Assembly (NCBI GenBank): GCA_964483845.1
Contig: CAZADJ010000004.1
Location: 1 to 35,371, forward strand
DNA from: an uncultured Actinomycetota bacterium
GTDB taxonomy: Bacteria; Actinomycetota; Nitriliruptoria; Nitriliruptorales; JAHWKO01
DNA: 35,371 nt
Direction of reading: 5' to 3'
Within the stretch, counting starts at the first letter, position 1. Every line of letters begins with the position of its first letter. The position numbers and the translations under genes are program-made. Positions 8,823-16,306 of this stretch are shown piece by piece. The notes under the pieces were generated by a model. It was not told the DNA's origin, searched no databases, and worked only from the letters and a program-made list of their open reading frames with translations.

Positions 8823-10438
8823 CGGGGGCCCCACCCGAGCGCGGCGAGCGCCTCCGCCGCGACCTCGCGGTCGTCGAAGGGGACGGTCCGGTCGCCGAGC
8901 TCCTGGGTGGTCTCGTGCCCCTTGCCGGCGATGACCACGACGTCGCCCTCGTCGGCGCCGTCGACCGCGACGTGTACCGCCCGACGCCGGTCGAGCTCGA
9001 CCGTGACGTCGGCGTCGGGCACCGCGTCGGCGCCGGCGACCACCTCGGCGAGGATCCGCTCGGGGTCCTCGCTCCGGGGGTTGTCGGAGGTGAGGACGGC
9101 CCGGTCGGCGCCGGCGGCGATCCGCCCCATCTCCGGGCGCTTGTCCCGGTCGCGCTCGCCGCCGCAGCCGACCACCACGTGGACACGACCTTCGGCGAGC
9201 CCCGACGCGGTCTCCAGCACCCGTCGCAGCGCGTCGGGGCTGTGCGCGTAGTCGACGAGCACGGCGAACGGTTGACCGACGTCGACCCGCTCCAGGCGGC
9301 CCGGCACCCCTTCGCACGCCCGCAGCCCGGCGGTGATCGCGTCCCGATCGATGCCGACCTGACGTGCCGCCAGGTAGGCGGCCGCCGCGTTCCACGCGTT
9401 GTACGCCCCGAGGAGGCGGGTGGCCAGGAGGACGTTCGGACCGTCGCCGATGAGCCGGCAACGCGTCCCGCCGAGGTCCGAGGCGACGTCGACGACGCGC
9501 ACGTCGGCCCGCTCCGACGCCCCGAACGTCGTGACCGGCACCTCGGCCTCCTCGGCGAGCCGGCGTCCCCACTCGTCGTCGACGCAGACGATCCCCGCAT
9601 CGGCGAAGCCGCCGGTGAACAGGCGCGCCTTCGCGGCGTAGTAGGACTCCAGGGTGCCGTGGTAGTCGAGGTGGTCCTGGGTGAGGTTCGTGAAGACCGC
9701 CACCGTGAACCGCGTCCCGTCCACCCGGTGCTGGTGGAGACCGTGCGAGGAGACCTCCATCGCGACCGCGTCGACTCCCCGGGCGCGCATGGTCGCCAGG
9801 AGCCGCTGCAGGTCCGTCCCCTCCGGGGTCGTACGGACCCCCGGCTGGGGGATGCCGTGGACGCGGGTCTCGATCGTGCCGATCACGCCGGTGCCGAGCG
9901 CCGCGGCCCCGAAGACGGCCTCGAGCAGGTAGCAGGTCGTCGTCTTCCCGTTGGTCCCCGTGACCCCGGCGACCTGCATCTCCAGGGAGGGCCAGCCGTG
10001 GATGGTGGCGGCGACCGGACCGATCGCCGGACGGACCGCGGGCACGATCAGCTCGGGGACCCCGAGCTCCAGCGGGCGCTCGACGAGGAGCGCCGACGCG
10101 CCGGCCTCGACGGCGTCGTCAGCGAAGTCGTGCCCGTCGAAGCGGTCCCCCGGGATCGCGCAGTACAGCCAGCCCGGTCGCACCTCGCGCGAGTCGTGGG
10201 TCGCGTCGAGGAGATCCGCGTCCCCGCGGCGGTGGATGCCCGGACCACCGAGACCACCCTGCCCCGCGGGGCCGGAGCCGCCCGGCCGCTCGCCGGCGGT
10301 ACGTCGGCGGAGGGTCGCGGCCACCTCGGCCAGGGAGCTGCTCACGTGACACTGCCTCGGACGCGCGACGATGACGGGGGGTGGGGTCGCGAGGGTACTG
10401 AGGGCGGGGGTCGGTCCCGGGGAGGCCATGCCGGTCAT
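8819..10438 (-). CDS. murE: UDP-MurNAc-L-Ala-D-Glu--2,6-diaminopimelate ligase
   Basis: It has the P-loop GVTGTNGKTTTCYLLE and the C-terminal LTSDNPRSEDP (DNPR) motif. ATG 10436-10438 overlaps the ftsI stop as ATGA. Alternative downstream starts (for example ATG ending at 10429) cannot be excluded. Confidence 0.9.
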   Translation of the reverse strand: MTGMASPGPTPALSTLATPPPVIVARPRQCHVSSSLAEVAATLRRRTAGERPGGSGPAGQGGLGGPGIHRRGDADLLDATHDSREVRPGWLYCAIPGDRFDGHDFADDAVEAGASALLVERPLELGVPELIVPAVRPAIGPVAATIHGWPSLEMQVAGVTGTNGKTTTCYLLEAVFGAAALGTGVIGTIETRVHGIPQPGVRTTPEGTDLQRLLATMRARGVDAVAMEVSSHGLHQHRVDGTRFTVAVFTNLTQDHLDYHGTLESYYAAKARLFTGGFADAGIVCVDDEWGRRLAEEAEVPVTTFGASERADVRVVDVASDLGGTRCRLIGDGPNVLLATRLLGAYNAWNAAAAYLAARQVGIDRDAITAGLRACEGVPGRLERVDVGQPFAVLVDYAHSPDALRRVLETASGLAEGRVHVVVGCGGERDRDKRPEMGRIAAGADRAVLTSDNPRSEDPERILAEVVAGADAVPDADVTVELDRRRAVHVAVDGADEGDVVVIAGKGHETTQELGDRTVPFDDREVAAEALAALGWGPR

Positions 10439-12255
10439 CCGGACGGCGGCGCGGCGTCGTCCGACGGGACGTGATCCGGGGGGACGCGGCGGTGGTTCAG
10501 CGCGAAGGAGGCCACCTCGGAGAACACGGGAGCCGCGACCGACCCCCCGTAGTAGGCGGGGCTCGGCTCGTCGACCATCACGGCGATGACGAAACGTGGC
10601 TCCTCCGCCGGCGCGAACCCGACGAACGACGCGATGTACTCGTCCGAGTAGCCGCGTGCGTCCCGCAGCGGCTTGCGCGCCGTCCCGGTCTTGCCCGCGA
10701 CGAAGTAGCCGGGCACCGCGGCCCGGTGGCCGGTCGCCACCTCACCGTGGACCGCACCGATCAGCATCTCCCGCACCTGACGGGCGGTGTCCTCGGAGAC
10801 GATCTGGTGGCCGCCCCCGGCCTCCACCGGCTCCAGGTGGCCGTCGGGTCCGACGCTGCCACGCACGAGGCGGGGCTGTCTGGCGACGCCGTCGTTCGCG
10901 ATGGTCGCGTACACGCCCGCGGCCTGGAGCAGCGTCGTCGCGACGCCGTGACCGATCGCGATCGTCGGGAGGCTGGTCGCCGACCAGTCCTCGACCGGCA
11001 GGTACGCACCGCCGGACTCGCCCGGGAACCCGAGTCCGAGGGGGCGTCCGTACCCGAACGCGTCGAGGTACCCGCCCAGCTTCTCCGCCCCGAGCCGCTG
11101 CGCGAGCAGGATGCTGCCGACGTTGGAAGACCTCGCCATGATCTCGCGCACCGTCAGCGGTCCGGGGTCGCGCTGTCCGGTGTCGGTGAACCGCTTCCCG
11201 GCCACGGTGACGCTCCGGGGAACGTCGATCGTCGACCCAGGATCGACGATCCCCTCCTCGATCGCCGCTGCGATCGTCACGGACTTCTGGATCGACCCGG
11301 GCTCGAACATGTCGGTGACGGTGCGGTTGCGTCGCGCGTCGGGCTCGGCTCGACCGGGCTCGTTCGGGTCGTAGCCGGGCAGGCTCGCCATCGCGAGCAC
11401 GTCGCCGCTGCCCACGTCGAGGACGACCACCCCCGCCCCTGCGGCATCGTGCGTCTCGACGGCCTCCCGCGCCGCCCGCTCGGCGATGTGCTGGAGCTCG
11501 CGGTCGATGGTCAGCACCAGGTCGGTGCCGTCGGTCGGGGGGATCACGTGACGGTCGCCCGATGCGATCTCCAGGTCCCGCGGGGCGCGCTCCACGTAGA
11601 GCTGACCGGGGACGCCGCGGAGGATCGTGTCGTACTGCACCTCGAGTCCCGACAGCCCGTCACCGTCGATCCCCGTGAAGCCCAGGACCTGCGCACCGAG
11701 GGGACCCGCCGGGTACACGCGGTCGGGCTCGGTGAGGATGCCGACCCCGGGCAGCCCCAGCTCGGCGATCTCCTCGCCCACCTCCCACGGGAGCTGCCGT
11801 GCCAGGTACACGAAGTGGGCGTCTCGCCGCAGCCGTTCCGTGAGCTCGTCCACGTCGCGATCGAGGATCGGGGCGAGCTCCGCCGCGACCTCCCCGGCCT
11901 CGGCGGCGGGCGGGACGATCAGGCCGTCCTCACGCTCCTCGGCCCGGTACGCGCGGGGGTCCGCGTACACGGTCGCCGCGTCGACGGAGCTCGCGAGCAC
12001 GTCTCCGTTGCGGTCGTAGATGCGACCGCGCGTCGGCATCAGGTCGATGGTCCGACTGCGCTGCTGCTCGCCGAGCGCGGCGTACTCCTGCGCGTTCACC
12101 ACCTGGACCGAGACGAGCCGGTAGCCGATCCCCCCGAACACGAGGAGGTAGACCGCGAACAGCACCGCCGCTCGACGCTCCACCTGGCCGCGCACGGGAC
12201 GGAGCCGTCGACCGGTGGATCGCCCCGAGCGCCGCTTCGCCCCAGGGATCAGCAT
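10435..12255 (-). CDS. ftsI: Class B penicillin-binding protein / septal transpeptidase
   Basis: 606 aa with an N-terminal TM anchor (AAVLFAVYLLVFGGIGY). Transpeptidase motifs are SxxK (GSIQKS), SxN (SSN) and KTG (AGKTGTA). It occupies the dcw position after ftsL. Confidence 0.92.
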   Translation of the reverse strand: MLIPGAKRRSGRSTGRRLRPVRGQVERRAAVLFAVYLLVFGGIGYRLVSVQVVNAQEYAALGEQQRSRTIDLMPTRGRIYDRNGDVLASSVDAATVYADPRAYRAEEREDGLIVPPAAEAGEVAAELAPILDRDVDELTERLRRDAHFVYLARQLPWEVGEEIAELGLPGVGILTEPDRVYPAGPLGAQVLGFTGIDGDGLSGLEVQYDTILRGVPGQLYVERAPRDLEIASGDRHVIPPTDGTDLVLTIDRELQHIAERAAREAVETHDAAGAGVVVLDVGSGDVLAMASLPGYDPNEPGRAEPDARRNRTVTDMFEPGSIQKSVTIAAAIEEGIVDPGSTIDVPRSVTVAGKRFTDTGQRDPGPLTVREIMARSSNVGSILLAQRLGAEKLGGYLDAFGYGRPLGLGFPGESGGAYLPVEDWSATSLPTIAIGHGVATTLLQAAGVYATIANDGVARQPRLVRGSVGPDGHLEPVEAGGGHQIVSEDTARQVREMLIGAVHGEVATGHRAAVPGYFVAGKTGTARKPLRDARGYSDEYIASFVGFAPAEEPRFVIAVMVDEPSPAYYGGSVAAPVFSEVASFALNHRRVPPDHVPSDDAAPPSG

Positions 12256-12256
12256 C

Positions 12257-12694
12257 TCAGCGCTCGACGGAGAGGACCGGCTTCAGCGGATCCGTCCGGA
12301 TCCCAGCGAGGGCATCCTCGACCCCATCCTCGTCCCCTGGCAACGCCCGGTCCAGCACCACGTACCGGGCGTCCGCCGGACGGACCATGCCGAGCTCCTC
12401 GACCGCGACCCGCTCGATCCGGGCCGGGTCCTCGAGCGCGGCCACCTCCGCCACGAGCGCGTGGTAGCGGCGCTCCGCGTCGGCGACCTCGCGTTGCAGC
12501 TCGCGGACGGTGACCGCGTCCGCCGCGCCGAGGGCGCTCACGGCCACGGTCGCGAAGATCGTCGCGGCGGCCAGCAGGCCGAGCAGCGCCGCGAACAGCA
12601 GCGTGTGCCGGTGCGGCGTCGGCCGCACCACGCGCAGGTGCCCGCGAGCGGCCTCCCCCGCCCCCCCGCGCTTCACCTGCGGTACAGCGGTCAT
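12257..12694 (-). CDS. ftsL: FtsL-like small bitopic division protein
   Basis: Start is ATG 12692-12694 (MTAVPQVKRGG...), overlapping the rsmH stop as ATGA. It has a single TM (LLFAALLGLLAAATIFATVAV) followed by a coiled-coil-like RELQREVADAERRYHALVAEVAALE. It lies in the conserved slot between rsmH and ftsI. The assignment is positional and architectural only. Confidence 0.65.
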   Translation of the reverse strand: MTAVPQVKRGGAGEAARGHLRVVRPTPHRHTLLFAALLGLLAAATIFATVAVSALGAADAVTVRELQREVADAERRYHALVAEVAALEDPARIERVAVEELGMVRPADARYVVLDRALPGDEDGVEDALAGIRTDPLKPVLSVER

Positions 12695-13707
12695 CGTCGT
12701 CCCCCCGTCTCCGAGCCGGTGTCCTGCCCCGCGTCCTGGCCCCGCGTGCTCGACGCGACGCGGCGCACCGCGCGCAGACGTGCCGAGCGCGCACGCGGGT
12801 TCTCTCCGATCTCCTCCTCGCTCGGCCGCTCGAGGGACGAGCCCACCCGCGCGAACGCGGCCCGCCGCCCGCAGCCGCAGACCGGGAGGTCCGGTGGGCA
12901 GATGCATCCGGTCGTCGCCTCGCGGAACGCGTCCTTGACCAGCCGATCCTCCAGCGAGTGGTACGCGAGTACGACGCAGACGCCGTCGACCCGCAGTCGC
13001 TCGAGCGCCGTCGGCAGCGTCCGCTCGAGCGCCCCGAGCTCGTCGTTCACCGCGATGCGCAGCGCCTGGAACGTGCGGGTCGCGGGGTGCGGACCGGAGC
13101 GACGCGCGGCCGCCGGGATCGCGTCGCGGACGATCGTCGCCAGCTCCGTCGTCGTCGTGATCGGGCGAGCGGCCACGACCGCTCGTGCGATGCGTCCTGC
13201 GAACCGCTCCTCGCCGTAGCGCCCGATGACCGAGGTGAGCTCGCCCAAGTCCGCGTCGTTCACGATGTCGGCCGCGGTCCGTGGGGCGGTCGGGTCCATG
13301 CGCATGTCGAGCGGTCCCTCGTGGCGGTAGCTGAAGCCGCGCGACGGATCGTCGACGTGCATCGAGGAGATGCCGAGATCGAGGAGCGCGGCCCCGATCT
13401 CGTCGACGCCCACCCCGTCGAGCACCCTGCCGAGGTCGTCGGACCGGGCGTGCACCAGCTCGTAGCTGCCCGGCGCGTCGTCCAGAGCCGCGGTGGCGAG
13501 GTCGAGGGCGGACGGGTCGCGGTCGATCCCGATCAGGTGGGTCTCCCGTCCCCGCTCGTGACGGGCGCGCAGCAGGGCGGCCGCGTGACCCCCGGCGCCG
13601 ACGGTGCAGTCGACGACGACCCCGTCGGGCGCGTCGACGAGCAGCGAGACGACCCGGTCGAGCATGACCGGGACGTGGCGGGGCTGCGGTGGCGCCACCG
13701 GGCTCAC
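12691..13707 (-). CDS. rsmH: 16S rRNA (cytosine1402-N4)-methyltransferase
   Basis: 338 aa with HVPVMLDRVV and the DCTVGAGGHA SAM-binding region. The GTG start overlaps the mraZ stop as GTGA. Confidence 0.93.
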   Translation of the reverse strand: MSPVAPPQPRHVPVMLDRVVSLLVDAPDGVVVDCTVGAGGHAAALLRARHERGRETHLIGIDRDPSALDLATAALDDAPGSYELVHARSDDLGRVLDGVGVDEIGAALLDLGISSMHVDDPSRGFSYRHEGPLDMRMDPTAPRTAADIVNDADLGELTSVIGRYGEERFAGRIARAVVAARPITTTTELATIVRDAIPAAARRSGPHPATRTFQALRIAVNDELGALERTLPTALERLRVDGVCVVLAYHSLEDRLVKDAFREATTGCICPPDLPVCGCGRRAAFARVGSSLERPSEEEIGENPRARSARLRAVRRVASSTRGQDAGQDTGSETGGRR

Positions 13708-14150
13708 GACCCCGCCCCGAGCGGTGCGTCGAAGGGGGCGTCGAGGCCGGCGAAGGCCGCCTCAGCCTCCTCCCGGTAGTCCTCCCAGTTCCGACGGTCC
13801 CAGATCTCGACCTTCTCGTCCGCCCCGACGACGGTCAGGTCGCGATCGAGCCCGGCGTACTCGCGGAGCCGCGGCGGGACGGTGACCCGCCCCTGTCCGT
13901 CCGGGCTGTCCTGGTGCGCTCCCGCGAGCAGGATGCGCAGGTAGCGCCGGGCCTCACGCCCCTCGCGCGGCACGCTGCGGAGGTCCTCGATCCGACGTTC
14001 GAAGTTCGCCGCCGGGTAGACGTCGATGCACCGGTCCTGGCCGGGAGCGAGCACGAGGCCCGCCGAGAGCCGGTCCCGGAAGCGTGCGGGGAGGATCACC
14101 CGACCCTTGTCGTCGAGCGTGTGCTGGTGCTCCCCGAGGAACACGCGCAC
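13704..14150 (-). CDS. mraZ: Transcriptional regulator MraZ
   Basis: 148 aa with two MraZ/SpoVT-AbrB repeats (LDDKGRVILPARFR and PDGQGRVTVPPRLR). It has a GTG start with GGAG-type RBS and is the first gene of the dcw cluster. Confidence 0.93.
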   Translation of the reverse strand: MRVFLGEHQHTLDDKGRVILPARFRDRLSAGLVLAPGQDRCIDVYPAANFERRIEDLRSVPREGREARRYLRILLAGAHQDSPDGQGRVTVPPRLREYAGLDRDLTVVGADEKVEIWDRRNWEDYREEAEAAFAGLDAPFDAPLGAGS

Positions 14151-14242
14151 CTCCGATCGTCCCCCGGCCGCCCGTCACGACCGGTCCTGGCCACCCCACG
14201 CCGCTCCCGGCCACGGGGGCCGGACGACGGTGCGCCGCGCAG

Positions 14243-14277
14243 CCACGGCCCACCAGGGTCCTCCACTTCGCACCACC
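14243..14277 (-). promoter_or_regulatory. GTGG-type direct repeats just downstream of the mraZ -10; candidate MraZ boxes
   Basis: The minus strand reads TATGGTGGTgcgaaGTGGAggaccctgGTGGGccGTGGC. The first two GTGG copies are 10 nt apart. MraZ operators in other bacteria are short G-rich direct repeats with about 10-nt period. Confidence 0.35.
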
Positions 14278-14304
14278 ATACGCCCCTGGACTCCCTCGCG
14301 TCAA
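14275..14304 (-). promoter_or_regulatory. Candidate Pmra promoter: TTGACG (14299-14304), 18-nt spacer, TATGGT (14275-14280)
   Basis: Both hexamers are close to the actinobacterial housekeeping consensus (TTGACN / TANNNT). The promoter lies about 125 nt upstream of the mraZ start. Confidence 0.5.
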
Positions 14305-14342
14305 CGGTCCGTCAACGCAGCGTCGACGCAGCGTCAAGCGGA
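14299..14342 (-). repeat. Four direct repeats of (T/C)(T/C)GACG at an exact 11-bp period
   Basis: The plus strand reads cgtcaacggtc / cgtcaacgcag / cgtcgacgcag / cgtcaagcgga, starting at 14299, 14310, 14321 and 14332. The promoter-proximal copy is the -35 hexamer. Confidence 0.8.
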
Positions 14343-14382
14343 GACGCCGGATCCGGCCCCTTCCGCGTCGTCGCGAGGCCGA

Positions 14383-14418
14383 TCCCGCGGCCTCCCGGTC
14401 GGTCCCGCGGCCTCCCGG
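14383..14418. repeat. Exact 16-nt direct repeat TCCCGCGGCCTCCCGG, two copies, 20-bp period
   Basis: Copies lie at 14383-14398 and 14403-14418 in the non-coding HNH-mraZ spacer. Confidence 0.85.
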
Positions 14419-14491
14419 ACGGCGCACGTGCTGCTCTGCTGCCACCGGTGGCAGGAGGGCAGATGCGCACCAGGATCGGCCCCCTGGGCCC

Positions 14492-14599
14492 GATGGTGGA
14501 GGGATGCCGGCGCCCGAACCACCCCGACGGCGGGATGCCGGCACCCGAGGCGCCCCGACGGTGGCGGGATGCCCGCACCCGAGCGGTCTGGATGGTGGA
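14492..14599. repeat. Imperfect tandem repeat (31- and 34-nt unit spacings, three copies), minisatellite-like
   Basis: GGGATGCC(G/C)GC(G/A)CCCGA occurs at 14501-14517, 14532-14548 and 14566-14582. CCCCGACGG follows the first two copies (14522-14530, 14553-14561). The block is flanked by GATGGTGGA at 14492-14500 and 14591-14599. Confidence 0.8.
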
Positions 14600-14633
14600 G
14601 CGAGGTGGAGCGCGCGCGACCCGGGCGGCGTCG

Positions 14634-15242
14634 TCAGCGGCCGGCGCGACGCGGCCGGACCCGCTCGAGCGCGCCGGACCACCGCTCCCCCAGGTACGGC
14701 CGGAGGTACGGTCGCCAGTCGACGTCGGCCCCGCCCGCCCGCACCAGTAGCCAGAAGGCCGGTGGCGGAGCCGATGGGCGCCGGGCGAGCCGCAAACCGG
14801 CCTCGCGCGGGGTCCGGTCCTGCTTGCGTGCGTTGCAGCGGCGGCACGCGGCGACGACGTTCTCCCACCGGTGCTCGCCCCCCCGGCTGCGGGGCACCAC
14901 GTGATCGACGTCCTCGGCGGGCGAACCGCAGTACTGGCAGCGCTCGCCGTCACGCAGGAACACCGCACGGCGCGACAGGCCCGAGCGGGTGCGGCGCGGG
15001 ACATCGACGTAGCGCACCAGCCGGACGACGGTCGGGGCGCGCAGCGCGAGGTGCTCGGAGCGGAACCAGGCGCCGTCGGAGTGGATCGCCACGGCCTTGC
15101 TGGTCAGGATGAGCACGATCGCGCGCCTCGGTGGGACGACCGAGAGCGGCTCCATCGAGGCGTTCAGGACCAGCACGGGGCCCGCCGGCACCTGCGTGCC
15201 GACCCCGTGAGCTGGCGGACCGTCCTCCACTGCGCGTCTCAC
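14634..15242 (-). CDS. HNH endonuclease family protein
   Basis: 202 aa with the HNH/zinc-finger core CQYCGSPAEDVDHVVPRSRGGEHRWENVVAACRRCNARK. It starts 22 nt after the TetR stop. The exact start is uncertain (GTG at 15242, or internal). Confidence 0.85.
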   Translation of the reverse strand: MRRAVEDGPPAHGVGTQVPAGPVLVLNASMEPLSVVPPRRAIVLILTSKAVAIHSDGAWFRSEHLALRAPTVVRLVRYVDVPRRTRSGLSRRAVFLRDGERCQYCGSPAEDVDHVVPRSRGGEHRWENVVAACRRCNARKQDRTPREAGLRLARRPSAPPPAFWLLVRAGGADVDWRPYLRPYLGERWSGALERVRPRRAGR

Positions 15243-15264
15243 CGTGCGGCTGATCGGTCGCAGT

Positions 15265-15882
15265 CTACGGTGCGTCCGCCGGTTCCGCGCCGCCCGCGAG
15301 CCCGATGAGCCCGCCGTGCCAGATCGCCGCGAGGGTGCGCACGAGGCCGGGCGGCGCCTGCCTCGCGTCGTCCGAGTGCTCGATGACGAACCCCTCGATC
15401 ATCGCGACGAGCGCCCGCGCTGCGGTCTGCGGGTCGTGACCGCCGGCATCGGCGGCTGGTGCGACGTTGCGGGCGACACGATCGATGAACTCCCCGCGCG
15501 TCTCCGCGAGCAGCGCAGCGAAGTCCGGATCGATCGCCGCGGCCTCGACCCAGGCTCCGAGGACATCGGCCTCGTCCGCGTACACCTCGAGGAACTCGCC
15601 GATGACACGCTCGAGGGCAGCCCGCGGATCGTCCCCGTCCCACGGGCCCGCCACGACCTCGTCGAGCCGGTCGCCGGCCTCCCGGACGAGCGCCTCGAGC
15701 ACCGCCGCCTTGTTGTCGAAGTAGGTGTAGAAGGTGCCGTGGCTGACGTCGGCACGCCTCACGATGTCCTCGACCCGCGCGTTCACGTAGCCGATCTCGG
15801 CGAAGACCTCGCGCGCGGCCGCCCGGAGGCGCAGCGCCGTGCGCCGCCCGCGCTCCGTGGTCGCACCCGGCCCGTCGCTCAT
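15265..15882 (-). CDS. TetR/AcrR family transcriptional regulator
   Basis: 205 aa with an N-terminal TetR HTH (FAEIGYVNARVEDIVRRADVSHGTFYTYFDNKAAVLEAL) and an ATG start. Confidence 0.9.
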   Translation of the reverse strand: MSDGPGATTERGRRTALRLRAAAREVFAEIGYVNARVEDIVRRADVSHGTFYTYFDNKAAVLEALVREAGDRLDEVVAGPWDGDDPRAALERVIGEFLEVYADEADVLGAWVEAAAIDPDFAALLAETRGEFIDRVARNVAPAADAGGHDPQTAARALVAMIEGFVIEHSDDARQAPPGLVRTLAAIWHGGLIGLAGGAEPADAP

Positions 15883-15967
15883 CGTCGGGTGGTCATCGTG
15901 AGGTGCACCACGGCGGAGGCGATGCTGCGGGTGACGTGACCGGTCCGGATCGCGCGGACGGCGCCAT

Positions 15968-16058
15968 GCGGGACGTCACCGCCACGCGGGACGTCACATG
16001 GGAGCCTGCGCGGGACACCTCACGGGACACCGTGCGGGAGGTCCTGACGGGCGTCCCG
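15968..16058. repeat. Array of CGGGAC-type repeats, including an exact 12-mer GCGGGACGTCAC in two copies
   Basis: GCGGGACGTCAC lies at 15968-15979 and 15986-15997. CGGGAC lies at 16011-16016 and 16023-16028, CGGGAG at 16035-16040, and the inverted copy GTCCCG at 16053-16058. All are in the TetR / Zn-ribbon divergent spacer. Confidence 0.75.
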
Positions 16059-16122
16059 GCGCGGGCGGTGCGCCGGGGGACACGGTCGCGGTCGTGCTCG
16101 TCCCGTCGCACCGGCCCCCTCG

Positions 16123-16151
16123 TTGTCCCTCCTGCATCCACAGGGTAGTGT
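16123..16151 (+). promoter_or_regulatory. Candidate promoter of the Zn-ribbon/MoxR operon: TTGTCC (16123-16128), 17-nt spacer, TAGTGT (16146-16151)
   Basis: The hexamers and spacing fit the sigma-70/HrdB-type consensus. The promoter is about 155 nt upstream of the first ORF and directly upstream of the palindrome. Confidence 0.5.
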
Positions 16152-16161
16152 ACCCGTGGCG

Positions 16162-16179
16162 GTTGACGTCGACGTCAAC
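16162..16179. promoter_or_regulatory. Perfect 18-bp palindrome GTTGACGTCGACGTCAAC; candidate repressor operator
   Basis: Perfect dyad symmetry, lying about +4 to +21 relative to the predicted start site of the promoter above. Its core ACGTCGACGT recurs at 16389-16398. Confidence 0.6.
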
Positions 16180-16306
16180 TTCAACCGGTCGACCTCGAGC
16201 TGGCCGCCCAGCGCCGCGCGGGCGTCGCTCCACAGACCGCCCGACGCGACCGCCCGACACGACCGCCCGATGCGAGGACCAGAGACGAGAGGACGCGCCG
16301 GTGGCG

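Noticed and set aside
14492-14599. Possible CRISPR array, because the repeat units are about 31-34 nt
   Set aside because: The units are contiguous with no unique spacers, there are only three degenerate copies, and no cas genes are present. It is a minisatellite-type tandem repeat.
13954-15112. Several 230-350-aa ORFs on both strands spanning the mraZ-HNH spacer and the HNH gene: 13954-14868 (-), 14026-14904 (+), 14084-15112 (+) and 14312-15004 (-)
   Set aside because: They translate the tandem repeats and GC-rich spacer into Arg/Pro/Gly-rich sequence, and they conflict with the well-supported mraZ and HNH frames. I treat 14151-14633 as non-coding.
15903-16148. 81-aa ORF with reiterated RDVT/RDTS/RDTV peptide
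   Set aside because: The periodicity comes from the CGGGAC nucleotide repeats. There is no RBS, the composition is artefact-like, and it lies in a divergent promoter spacer.
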